From IMG/VR virus record IMGVR_UViG_3300041097_000006: a DNA stretch of 64,000 nucleotides; one strand, given 5' to 3'. Of the stretch, positions 33,587 to 42,584 are shown in pieces. The translations under genes were made by a program, and so were the position numbers. This DNA is from a virus. The notes under the pieces are model-generated. The model was not told the DNA's origin. It did no database searches and worked only from the letters and a program-made list of their open reading frames with translations. How positions within the stretch are numbered: the stretch's first letter is position 1; each line of letters starts with the position of its first letter.

Positions 33587-34410
33587 ACCGGGCCCCGCAT
33601 GAGCTCGTTGGTAGTCCGGATAAACGGAAACCCCCGGAAATTTATGAGATTGGAGTACACCCCGGAGCACGTCCCAGTCGATTTATCGCACCCCGAGGTC
33701 ACCGAGTAGGCATCGCCAACCGCAATGTCATAGGGTACGGGCAGGAACAACGTAAGGTCCGAACCAGATATGGCCTTGACCTCCACACTGCGCCCCGCGT
33801 TACCCCCGCTTGTGAACGTAATCTCGCCCCCGACGCTAGCCGGTGGTGTACTCACGGTGACCTCCCGCCGGCTAGCCGCAGCAGTAACCGTGCCGGTCAC
33901 GGTAAATGACGCGAGATTTACGCCACATCGGGCGTCCCCTAGGTCCGCGTCACAGGACGGCGTAACGGTGCGCCCGACGGTCTGTTGCAGTCGCTGCGCC
34001 AGGCCCCGCAGTTCCGCGTTGAACCGGCCGTTGCCCGCCGTAACCTCCCCGAGCCACCCGACTCGCAGGTTGATCTGCCCTTGTGTGGCGTCTTGCCAGT
34101 TAACCAGGAAACATTCGGTAAATGCGTGATCCCACAGGGCGGCCTGTAGGTCCCCTTCGGTGATCGCCGGGGAGTCCAGCAGGCCCACCAGTTCCACGTC
34201 ATCGACGTTCAGGGCGGAGTTATTTTCTACCGCCCCCGCGGTAAATCCTGTTGCAGCTAGGTAGGTCTCGCCCCCGTAGACCAGATCCCGGTCTAGCGAC
34301 GTGAACCGGAACACCTGCCCATCGGTACGCGTAACCCGCCAGCAATACGCCAGCGTCGTAACCTCGCCGGCGATATGCGCCGCCATCCCCGCATCGAGGC
34401 TCTTGCTCAT
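33583..34410 (-). CDS. DUF2163 / BR0599 GTA-like hub protein
   Basis: TTLAYCWRVTRTDG.V..FTSLDRDL, CDADLGDARCGV, GCDK....C...Y.N..NFRGFPF. Confidence 0.92.
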   Translation of the reverse strand: MSKSLDAGMAAHIAGEVTTLAYCWRVTRTDGQVFRFTSLDRDLVYGGETYLAATGFTAGAVENNSALNVDDVELVGLLDSPAITEGDLQAALWDHAFTECFLVNWQDATQGQINLRVGWLGEVTAGNGRFNAELRGLAQRLQQTVGRTVTPSCDADLGDARCGVNLASFTVTGTVTAAASRREVTVSTPPASVGGEITFTSGGNAGRSVEVKAISGSDLTLFLPVPYDIAVGDAYSVTSGCDKSTGTCSGVYSNLINFRGFPFIRTTNELMRGPV

Positions 34411-35273
34411 GTGCGAATCTCCACCAGGGGGACCGACTGCCAGGAGAACAGTAGCGCCCCACTCGCCCCTTCGTCCATCGCCACCGCTTGCAGCTTGTCA
34501 GTGTCGAACCGCACCGGCACGTCAAACTCTCCCACCCAATACAGATCGTCCGCGGCGAGGCCGTACTTCGAGGCTGTGCCCCCGCTGGTGTAGGCGGCAT
34601 ACGCCGACGTGTCGATACCCAGATGGAATGTGTCCGCTGTAATCTTGGTAACCGTGCCCGTCTGGCCGTTGATCTCAGTCATACCTGCGACGCCGGTAAT
34701 CCCAACCAGGTCGCCGTTGTTGAACGGGTGGCCGACTGACGTTATGACGCCGGGGTCCGCCTGGGTAATGCCCGAGAGGGCAGCAGTCGCGTTCGGGACG
34801 AACGTCGCGCGCCCCGTAGTGTCGTCTACCGACACGCTGCCCGGGGATGCCCCCACCGTGACCGGAGACCCGTTGCGGTACACCGCCCAGCTACCGACGA
34901 CAGGTTTGCGTATCTCCCGCGCCTCGGAGAGCGCACCCGCGAGATACCATTTCCCGAACTGGTACACCCCCGGCGAGCCGGTCACCGCCAGCAGCGCCCC
35001 GTTTGCCGACGTGCAGGTGTAGTCCGCCCAGTCCTTGAGGCGGAATCCGTGGGCCCGGCCGCGCACCGCGCGGAAAAACGCCAGCACCAAGTCAAACTGT
35101 GCCTGCGTCCGCACGCCAAACGCGATGTCATACTCGGCGCGGGCCGCCGCCCACTCCACGTTGCGCGACTCCCACCCGGACGCCACGGCAGCAATCCGTG
35201 TCAGCCAGCCCGGCCCGCCGGACATGCCGTGCGAAACATCCTCCGGGAATCGCGGGGTCTCCAAAAAGCTCAC
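34407..35273 (-). CDS. DUF2460 distal tail protein with an inserted domain
   Basis: F.E.RFP......SGGP.W.T.I....SG.E.RN..W, RGRAHGFRLKDW.DY, GEFDVPVRFDTD.L. Confidence 0.92.
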   Translation of the reverse strand: MSFLETPRFPEDVSHGMSGGPGWLTRIAAVASGWESRNVEWAAARAEYDIAFGVRTQAQFDLVLAFFRAVRGRAHGFRLKDWADYTCTSANGALLAVTGSPGVYQFGKWYLAGALSEAREIRKPVVGSWAVYRNGSPVTVGASPGSVSVDDTTGRATFVPNATAALSGITQADPGVITSVGHPFNNGDLVGITGVAGMTEINGQTGTVTKITADTFHLGIDTSAYAAYTSGGTASKYGLAADDLYWVGEFDVPVRFDTDKLQAVAMDEGASGALLFSWQSVPLVEIRT

Positions 35274-37435
35274 AGATTGCGCCTCCCCTTACTGACCGCT
35301 CGGGTCACCGCTGCCGCGACTTGCGTCGACGAACGCCGTAGGGTGCCCTCATCCTGAACCCCGGAGACATTGACCGTCACCGCCACATTGGACCCGCCTC
35401 CTGCCAGCGCCCTCCGCGTGTCGGAATTGGACAGGATCGCCCTAGACCGGGAGGGCAGCACCAGCTCGGGGCCACGTTCGCCCACCAGCGAAACCTTGCC
35501 CGCAGGGAGGTCCCCGCCGGCCGCGAAACTGCCGCCGAACAGCCCCTTGAACACGCCGCCCAGCACGCCCCCCACGCTGCCCATCGACCCCATCAGGGCC
35601 TTGAAAATGTCGCGCGCGACGGCCTCCGCGACCATGCGCTGAATGGTCTGCTGGAAGGACTGGAGCATGCCTTTCAGCCCCTTGTCGAACGGGTCGAACA
35701 GAAAATCCGCAAATGCGTCCTGCATGTTCTCCGCCGCACGTTTCGCCACCGTCTCCCACTGGTCCGACGACGTTTCAACGTCCGCCGTCACCCGCGACAT
35801 GACGACCGAAACCCCCTCTGAATACTGCCGTACCGCCTCCAGGGACCCGACGACCCCGAGCTGCCCCCTCTGGTAGGCATCCCACAGCAGTTCGATGTCC
35901 CGGGCGGCCTGCTCCAGCTGCGCCGTGGGGGTCTGCGAGAGGATACTGTTCAGGCGCTGGATGGATTCCGCAGCAGCATCCTGCGCACCCGTGGCAGCGT
36001 CAAACGCCTCCTGGGCCGCCAGCACCGCGCGGGCGTAGGTCTCATAACTGATGACCCCGGCATCAAGCAGTTCGTCATACCGCGCCTGTGCGGACGCAAG
36101 CTCTTCGATGGGCGTCCGCATCGCCTCTGTCAGCTGCCGGCCGGATTCGAGTAGGGCTTGATGCTGCTTTTCGACCTCCACCAGGTTCAACACCCCAAGG
36201 GCCCATTCCAACGTTTCGCCCTTGGCCCCGGCAGCCCGTAGCCGATATACCTCGATCTGCCCGGCCGTCATACCGAGCGTGGCTTCCTGCTCTTTCAAAT
36301 GGGACACCAGCCGCTGTAGATCCGACTGCGCGGAGTTCACTGCGGTGCCTAGGGCAGAGTATCCCAGTGCCAGTTTGCCGGCGGCATCCGCAGCCCCCGC
36401 AGGGGTTGCCGAGGCAGCCGGTGCCGTGCGGTCCAGCACCCGGGAAACGAACGCGTCCTGGGCTTTCCGCGCGGCCTCCGCGTCTTCGACCATCAGCCGG
36501 CGGATTTCCCGCGCCTGCGCAAACTGCCCCTGGGCTATCGCCGCGGCTTGCGCCGCCAGTCCGCCGATCTCGCGGCCAATGGACGTAATGACAAAAGCGG
36601 TCTCCGCCCCGAGTACCGTCACGGTCTCCAGAACTACTTGAATGCCGCGGGTGATCCCCTCCGCCACGGACGCATTTTTTGCGTACCCCACCCACGCATC
36701 CGAGATATTCGCAACCGTGGGCAGCAGCCCCTGCACGATGCGGTTCACCAACCCCTGGGTAGCGAAACCCATACGGGATAGATTGTCGTTGAACTGCTCG
36801 GCCGCCTGTGCCGCCTCGCTACTCAGGGTAACGCCGAACGACCGCGCCTCCTCTCGCGCCCGGCGGAGACCCACGGAACCCTCGTTCAGCAGGGACACCA
36901 TGTTAGGCCCCGCAGTTTTCCCGAACAGAGCCACGGCGACCGCGGCTTTCTCGGGGCCATCCGAGAACCGCGCGAACGCATCCGCGATCAGGTCGATCCC
37001 GCCCTCCACGTCACGGGCGACCTCGCCCGCATCGACGCCTAGGGCACGGAACGCATCCGCCTGTTCTTTGCTGCCCCGCTGGGCCATCACCGCGTTTTTC
37101 GACAGCTTCACCAGGGCCGCGGTGTATGCCTCGAACTCTACTCCCGCCAAGCTCGCGGCATAAGCGGATTCGCTAATGAACTCCGTAGAAGCGCCCACCG
37201 CGCGGGCCATCTTGGATATTTCATCCGCGGTGTTGACGGCATTAAATGCCATCTCGGTAAGCCGGCTCGCGGCGGCTTCGATTCCCCGCGCCAGGAGGTT
37301 GCCCACCGCAATGGACGTGGTGCTGGCCCCGCGCTGAAAACGGTCCAGCTTCGACCGTGCCGCGTCCAGCTGAGTCTGGAGCCGGCCGGTTTCGGCCTCC
37401 AGGGAAACGACCAGTTTCGCAAGATCAACTGCCAC
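35270..37435 (-). CDS. Tape measure protein (721 aa)
   Basis: L.KLVVSLEAET...Q..L N-terminus, long Ala-rich helical body, FAAGG......SLVGERGPEL C-terminus. Confidence 0.93.
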   Translation of the reverse strand: MAVDLAKLVVSLEAETGRLQTQLDAARSKLDRFQRGASTTSIAVGNLLARGIEAAASRLTEMAFNAVNTADEISKMARAVGASTEFISESAYAASLAGVEFEAYTAALVKLSKNAVMAQRGSKEQADAFRALGVDAGEVARDVEGGIDLIADAFARFSDGPEKAAVAVALFGKTAGPNMVSLLNEGSVGLRRAREEARSFGVTLSSEAAQAAEQFNDNLSRMGFATQGLVNRIVQGLLPTVANISDAWVGYAKNASVAEGITRGIQVVLETVTVLGAETAFVITSIGREIGGLAAQAAAIAQGQFAQAREIRRLMVEDAEAARKAQDAFVSRVLDRTAPAASATPAGAADAAGKLALGYSALGTAVNSAQSDLQRLVSHLKEQEATLGMTAGQIEVYRLRAAGAKGETLEWALGVLNLVEVEKQHQALLESGRQLTEAMRTPIEELASAQARYDELLDAGVISYETYARAVLAAQEAFDAATGAQDAAAESIQRLNSILSQTPTAQLEQAARDIELLWDAYQRGQLGVVGSLEAVRQYSEGVSVVMSRVTADVETSSDQWETVAKRAAENMQDAFADFLFDPFDKGLKGMLQSFQQTIQRMVAEAVARDIFKALMGSMGSVGGVLGGVFKGLFGGSFAAGGDLPAGKVSLVGERGPELVLPSRSRAILSNSDTRRALAGGGSNVAVTVNVSGVQDEGTLRRSSTQVAAAVTRAVSKGRRNL

Positions 37436-37745
37436 GCCTCACCCCCCGCGCCCGAAGCGCCGCTAGGACGCCCATGGTCTCCGCCCGCCGTTGCTCGCCC
37501 GCGGGTTTCAGCATGAAATCCCCCGGGGCCGGCTTGCGCTGCGAGTATGGGGCGAGTACCGCCGACGCCACAATGCCGGCGTGCAGATTGTCACGCAGCG
37601 CGCCCCACGGTTCGACCCGGTAATATTCGATCCACGCGTCATACTCCGCCGCTCCCATCGTCGCCCGCATCTCCGCCACCGTCCGGCCCATCGCCAGCGC
37701 TAGGCGATGGTCGAAACGCTGCTCGGGCGTCAGGCGTTTTTTCCC
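37425..37745 (-). CDS. Tail assembly chaperone extension (gpT-like), read by -1 frameshift
   Basis: The -1 frame from slippery GGGAAAA reads GKKRLTPEQRFDHRLALAMGRTVAEM, continuous with ORF 37425-37691. Confidence 0.8.
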   Translation of the reverse strand, partial: GKKRLTPEQRFDHRLALAMGRTVAEMRATMGAAEYDAWIEYYRVEPWGALRDNLHAGIVASAVLAPYSQRKPAPGDFMLKPAGEQRRAETMGVLAALRARGVRRGS

Positions 37746-38056
37746 GTGGCTTTCTCGGCCCCGAGGCCGGACAGTTCCAGCACCGCCATCGCCATCGCTT
37801 CCAGCACGGCCGGGGACACGCCGTTGAGGTCTGCCCCCTCCGACAGGACGCGCGCACCCTCGGAGTTCACCCAGGCCATCCGGACCAGCACGGCCTGCGC
37901 CGATGCGGGCGACTCGCGGACGGCCGCATGAAAGGCCGCCCGTTCATCGACGGTAAGCTCCCGCACCCGCACCACGGCCCCATCATCCGACACGGGGACG
38001 TCCATCGCCCGGAGGGGCGCCGCTGCGGCCAGAGCCGCCAGGTCCGCGAGCATCAT
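37730..38056 (-). CDS. Tail assembly chaperone (gpG-like)
   Basis: Between tail tube and tape measure; VRVRELT..ER motif; ends G GGA AAA AAC GCC TGA. Confidence 0.85.
   Translation of the reverse strand: MMLADLAALAAAAPLRAMDVPVSDDGAVVRVRELTVDERAAFHAAVRESPASAQAVLVRMAWVNSEGARVLSEGADLNGVSPAVLEAMAMAVLELSGLGAEKATGKNA
37739..37745 (-). other. Programmed -1 ribosomal frameshift site G GGA AAA
   Basis: X XXY YYZ heptamer in frame at the chaperone 3' end, analogous to lambda G-T (GGGAAAG). Confidence 0.8.
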
Positions 38057-38475
38057 GATACGGTCACCGCCCCCGAGATTTTCAACGTGAATTCCAGCAT
38101 GTTCCTGTCATCCACAGAGGGGGACAGCTTCCATCCGCGCGCCAGCGCAGCGAACGCGAACGTCTCGGCCGGAGAGCTGTTTTCCGCGACGATGCGGTAG
38201 TTGCCGACGGTGCGGTTCTTCACGTCGGTAATCATCTGGAGCAGGTTCGCGTCACCTTGCTCGTAGTTCGCGGTGATCGTAATTTCCTCGCCGTCCGCCA
38301 GGCCGCCGATGTATTCCTCGTTACCCGCGGAACAAAACGTGGTGGCCTTTACCAGGTTGTTCGTCTCGCCCAGCCCCGAGATGCCATACACCTGGCAAAT
38401 CTTCGTGAAAACCTCCGGGCTAGCGCCATCGCCCCGGTAGAAAAAAATGTCCGCAACGAACGCGTCGGTAGTCAT
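38053..38475 (-). CDS. Tail tube protein
   Basis: GDGASPEVFTKI..V..ISG.G.T...V..T........EYI.GL.DGEEIT...N, F.F.A....W......DD......TLKISG. Confidence 0.9.
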   Translation of the reverse strand: MTTDAFVADIFFYRGDGASPEVFTKICQVYGISGLGETNNLVKATTFCSAGNEEYIGGLADGEEITITANYEQGDANLLQMITDVKNRTVGNYRIVAENSSPAETFAFAALARGWKLSPSVDDRNMLEFTLKISGAVTVS

Positions 38476-38476
38476 G

Positions 38477-38878
38477 TCAAATGCTCCTATGCCAAATGGT
38501 TAGTAACAACGTCCGGCGGTACAGGCCGGGTTCCGGCTCAAACAGGTCAAACTCCGAATCGAAGCGAATGGCATTAAAATACGTCCCGCCCACGGTGCCC
38601 GAAAAATCAAGCAGCGCCGCCAGAAGAGCCGCCAGCGCGACCGAATCGTCATATTTTTTCGAGTAGCAATCCAGCTGCACCGACTCCCGCACTAGCGAGT
38701 CCGGACCGCAAAACGTGCTGGCCCTCGGCCGCGCCGTGGTGGAGTACACGACGCACGGTCTCACGCTGCTGCCGCTCCACACCTCCGCGGGGATCTGCAC
38801 GGGGTACACCCGGGCCCCCACTACAGCAGCCACGCCGGGCAGTGACAGCACTAGAGTGCGAAAGTCCGCGCCCAGCAT
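38477..38878 (-). CDS. Tail terminator / DUF3168-like protein (complete, spans the unit junction)
   Basis: The ORF runs uninterrupted across 38480/38481, supporting a circular genome. Confidence 0.82.
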   Translation of the reverse strand: MLGADFRTLVLSLPGVAAVVGARVYPVQIPAEVWSGSSVRPCVVYSTTARPRASTFCGPDSLVRESVQLDCYSKKYDDSVALAALLAALLDFSGTVGGTYFNAIRFDSEFDLFEPEPGLYRRTLLLTIWHRSI

Positions 38879-39324
38879 CAGCCCCTCCCCGTCCGTGCGA
38901 TTTTCTGCAACCGGCGGCGCAGATCCGCAACCATTTTGCCCTGCACCTGCGACTGCGCCGACGCGAAGGCCGGCCTGAGCCAAGGGTTTTTCGGAATTTT
39001 CGCTGTTCCGAATTCCAAAAACTGCACGGCGTAAAACGCCTCCCGGCGGACCCCCATCACAGCGCGGAAGCGCCCGTTCACCCTATTCCGCGTGACGGCG
39101 ATGCGGAGTGACCGCGACGCGAACCCGGGGGCCACCAGGCGCCCCTTGTACGTGCGATGCGCCCGGCCGCTGCGGTTCAATGCCGCCGCCCGCGCCTTGG
39201 CGGGCGCGACGGCCTGGCGCATCGCGGCCCGCAGGATGCCGCGGATGACGTTCGCCTCCCCGGTGGCACCGACGGCCGCCAGTTTCCGGTTCAGGTCCGC
39301 GGCGCCCTTCAGTTCAGCGGCCAT
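38878..39324 (-). CDS. Copy 2: HK97 gp10-like protein
   Basis: Same as 398-844. Confidence 0.85.
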   Translation of the reverse strand: MAAELKGAADLNRKLAAVGATGEANVIRGILRAAMRQAVAPAKARAAALNRSGRAHRTYKGRLVAPGFASRSLRIAVTRNRVNGRFRAVMGVRREAFYAVQFLEFGTAKIPKNPWLRPAFASAQSQVQGKMVADLRRRLQKIARTGRG

Positions 39325-39386
39325 GGATTTTCGCCCGCAACAGCCGCAGAATCTCGGCCAGCCTCGCCCGCGCCCGCTCGCATCGG

Positions 39387-39752
39387 TCACACGTCTTTGT
39401 CATTACGCACCCCGTCCGATTCGACCAGCCGGCACATGAGTTCGACCATCCGCCGCCGGCCGTTCACATCAATCACGTCGGTAATTTCCAGCGTCATATA
39501 CTCCGTGGTGCCCTCCGCCAGGTATCGCAGCCGCTGATTCGTGCGGTATCCGGGCAGATACCTGGTGCGGACCAGGTAGGACTGCGCAGTCTCGAACTGC
39601 CGCGCGGCCAGAAACCGGGAGCCGCGCAGCGGCTCAACCTCGGCCCACACGGTGCCCGAGTCCTGCCACGCCAGTTCCACCGCACCGGAGGCCACCGCGG
39701 ACTCAACGGCCTCCTGCACGATCACGCGATGGCGGAGGCGCCCAGCTCTCAC
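39387..39752 (-). CDS. Copy 2: head-closure protein
   Basis: Same as 907-1272. Confidence 0.88.
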   Translation of the reverse strand: MRAGRLRHRVIVQEAVESAVASGAVELAWQDSGTVWAEVEPLRGSRFLAARQFETAQSYLVRTRYLPGYRTNQRLRYLAEGTTEYMTLEITDVIDVNGRRRMVELMCRLVESDGVRNDKDV

Positions 39753-40345
39753 AGGATCGCCCTCCGAAACGTCCGCAGCAACTGCCACACGCCAAGCGGC
39801 ACCTCGGCAACGGTGGTGCCAGTAATGGTCTGCTCGCGGTTTTCGTACAGGTGGCCCACGACCAGCAGGGCGGCTTGTTTGATCCGCAGGGGCAGGGGGT
39901 CCTCGTCGGCCGGGCTCAGGCTGTCGGTGTAGCCCGCCGTGAAATCGACTTGCACGGAGTCCGGCCAGTGCCGATGCTCCGGGTAATCCGCCTGCCAGGA
40001 CCGCACCACGTGGCCTTCCGATGTGACCTCATACAACGCGGGGTCCAGCACCTGACGCACGCCGTCCGTGTCCAGGTACGTCACCTGCGCCACGCTCCGC
40101 ACCGGCCGCAGCGGTAGGACAATGGTATCCGGTAGGTCGTCCAGCGCGTACCGCCAGTCCGAGGGCGAAACGGACAGCCCACAGTGGTCTTCGACGTACT
40201 CCCGGGCCACGGTGACCATCGAGGTAATCAGGTCTAGGTCGGGGTGCGCCGGACTCTCGCCGTACCCATCCACGCGGAGATGCGTAAACGCCTCGGCCAC
40301 GGTGACCGGCTCCCACGCCGGTTGTGTCAGTCGAACTAGGCTCAC
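39749..40345 (-). CDS. Copy 2: head-tail connector
   Basis: Same as 1269-1865. Confidence 0.92.
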   Translation of the reverse strand: MSLVRLTQPAWEPVTVAEAFTHLRVDGYGESPAHPDLDLITSMVTVAREYVEDHCGLSVSPSDWRYALDDLPDTIVLPLRPVRSVAQVTYLDTDGVRQVLDPALYEVTSEGHVVRSWQADYPEHRHWPDSVQVDFTAGYTDSLSPADEDPLPLRIKQAALLVVGHLYENREQTITGTTVAEVPLGVWQLLRTFRRAIL

Positions 40346-40971
40346 GCCGCGGCCCTCCGGAAAACGAACGTCTCAATGTCCTCCCGCCCCGCTGACTGCT
40401 CCATGCTGTTCGCATGGCACTGCTCCAACCCGAACCGCCCCATGAAATCCCGAATGCCCTCGCGGGTGAAATACCAGCAGTGTTCGTCCCGCCTGTAATG
40501 CTTCGACCCCATCACATGCGCGGCGTCGCGGAACACGGGGCAGGACACGAACACGTAGGACTGCACGGACTGGAGCAGCTGCGAGGGGTTGTGAATGTGC
40601 TCCAGCGAATCCCAAAAGCACAGCGCCCCCGCCGGCTCCGCGTAGGGGTCCGCCCACCGGCCAGTTTCCCGCAGCCAGGCTTCGGCGTATCGATTCACGT
40701 CGTACCCGCGGGCACCCCGTTTTTCCGTCACGAAACGCCCGCCCCCGATGCCAACGTCGACCACGCCGCCGTTATAGAAGCATTCCACCAGGTCGATGCG
40801 CATCTCCGTGAGCCGGGCGCCGATGGAAGTCTGGTCCATTTGCAGGTATCGCTCCCAATACGCTAGGCCATACGGGGCCTCGCGCACGGGATACCAGCCG
40901 ATGCCCCGGTCAGGCAGCCAAATCAGCTGATCGGCGGTCAGCGAATCGAGTAGCGAATAATCGAGCGTCAT
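40342..40971 (-). CDS. Copy 2: SAM-dependent methyltransferase
   Basis: Same as 1862-2491. Confidence 0.8.
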   Translation of the reverse strand: MTLDYSLLDSLTADQLIWLPDRGIGWYPVREAPYGLAYWERYLQMDQTSIGARLTEMRIDLVECFYNGGVVDVGIGGGRFVTEKRGARGYDVNRYAEAWLRETGRWADPYAEPAGALCFWDSLEHIHNPSQLLQSVQSYVFVSCPVFRDAAHVMGSKHYRRDEHCWYFTREGIRDFMGRFGLEQCHANSMEQSAGREDIETFVFRRAAA

Positions 40972-41800
40972 GATCGAACCCACTGATGGTTTTATTGCAC
41001 GCGTGGCCCCACGAACTACAACGGCAGAATTCATCCGGCATCGCCGGGAAAATCCGATGCCCCCCGACCAGGGGACCTAACAGCCGCTCCGGCCCGTTAT
41101 CCGCCCCCCACCCTCCGAATACCAGCAGCAACGGGGTGCCAAACGTCAGGGCCGCGGGCACGACCCACCCGGGGCCGCCGACTGCACACGCGGCCCGCGC
41201 GAACGCCCCCATCAGATCCGCCGGATGGACCTCCCCCGCATACCACCGGCCGTCCAGCCGCGGCTGCGGCCCTGGCGCGAGCCATTCGTCGCGGCCATGC
41301 AGATCCGCGAACCCGTAAGCCCGGAGCCCCGCCTCGACTGCCGCCGCAACCCCCCGCGCCAGGTACTGAGGGTCGGGGTTGCGCGCGTCCGCCCGCCACT
41401 CCGCCCGAATCGTGGCGGGCCGAAAAAACACGTAGGGGCTACCGCCCGGCGTAAACGCCCCCACCGGGGGCGGAACGAACTCCGCCGGGCGCCGTGCCTC
41501 GCCGAGGTCGTCAAGCAATGCCTCCGTGATCGACACCCCCTTGCGGGCGGCGTAGTGCCAGCGCCGCACCGTGGCGCCCGCGGGGGCGGCGTGCCAGGAC
41601 GACGCCGGCTGGCGCCTCACGTTCTTGCCCTGCGTGCGCAGCTTCGTGTTCGGCCGCACGCATTTGATTGGCATATCGGCGTAAAGCTCCGGCCAGGGGG
41701 TTGCGAGATACACCCCCTCCCACCCGAGCGCACGCAACACCGCCCGTTGATACAGGTTGTCCCCGAGGCCGTGCATGCCCTCAATCAGCAACGGTCTCAA
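40910..41800 (-). CDS. Copy 2: GT9-like glycosyltransferase
   Basis: Same as 2430-3320. Confidence 0.7.
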   Translation of the reverse strand: MRPLLIEGMHGLGDNLYQRAVLRALGWEGVYLATPWPELYADMPIKCVRPNTKLRTQGKNVRRQPASSWHAAPAGATVRRWHYAARKGVSITEALLDDLGEARRPAEFVPPPVGAFTPGGSPYVFFRPATIRAEWRADARNPDPQYLARGVAAAVEAGLRAYGFADLHGRDEWLAPGPQPRLDGRWYAGEVHPADLMGAFARAACAVGGPGWVVPAALTFGTPLLLVFGGWGADNGPERLLGPLVGGHRIFPAMPDEFCRCSSWGHACNKTISGFDHDARLFATRFADRRSADLAA

Positions 41801-42527
41801 GGGGCCTCCGCTCGAAACACCGTAGCGCGGTCTCGCGCGACGCATTGATGACCTCCACCCCGTTGAGCGCCAGGTCCAGCGCCAACGGCCCGAATTTTTC
41901 GATCCACACGTCATACGGAGATTCAACGTTCAGGCCCGCCGGGTGGTCACCGAACCAGTGCTTGCGGCCCCCTTTGCCCCTCCGCATGTCAAACCCGAGC
42001 AGCACCATGCGGGACGCTCCGGCATGGTATGCCAGGTTCATAGCCTGATATCCGGAGTTTCCACCCTCATGGATACGCCCCGCATCGAGGCACAGGCCCC
42101 GCCCGTTCGATGACGGGACGTGGTGCAGGCCGTACTGCGCGGCAGCCTCCGAGTCCCGCGTGTAGCACTTGCCGCGCAGACCCGCCGGCAAGTCGGCATG
42201 ATGCGCACGCCAGAATTTCCCATCGCACGCATACAGCGCGTCCAGCTCCGGCAGCATGCGATACGCATCATTCACACCGAGCATCTTCCAGCCGCGCGCT
42301 TTCGCCGCACGCACGTCCGATTCCACCAGGGACGGGCCGCCCGCGACGATACACACCGTGGCCCGCTCCCACATGCACCGGTACGCCGGGGCGGATACCA
42401 GGCGGCACGCCTGCCCGCGGGCCTCCAGTCGGGCCGCGCGCTGCGGGGTGACGTGCACAACGTCCCCCGGCATCGGCTTGCCTTCCGTGCCCACGTAGCG
42501 CCGCAAGACTCGCATTGCAATTTGCAT
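41781..42527 (-). CDS. Copy 2: DUF115/Maf-like transferase
   Basis: Same as 3301-4047. Confidence 0.7.
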   Translation of the reverse strand: MQIAMRVLRRYVGTEGKPMPGDVVHVTPQRAARLEARGQACRLVSAPAYRCMWERATVCIVAGGPSLVESDVRAAKARGWKMLGVNDAYRMLPELDALYACDGKFWRAHHADLPAGLRGKCYTRDSEAAAQYGLHHVPSSNGRGLCLDAGRIHEGGNSGYQAMNLAYHAGASRMVLLGFDMRRGKGGRKHWFGDHPAGLNVESPYDVWIEKFGPLALDLALNGVEVINASRETALRCFERRPLETVAD

Positions 42528-42584
42528 AACGCCCCCGGGGAAAAAGGGGGCCGGCCCCACAGACCGACCCCAACCCCGCCCCTG

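Larger units (their letters stand above)
1..38480. mobile_element. Complete siphovirus genome unit (38,480 bp, circularly permuted)
   Basis: Full head, tail, lysis and replication modules; sequence from 38481 restarts the sequence at position 1 (atgctcctatgccaaatgg...). Confidence 0.95.
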
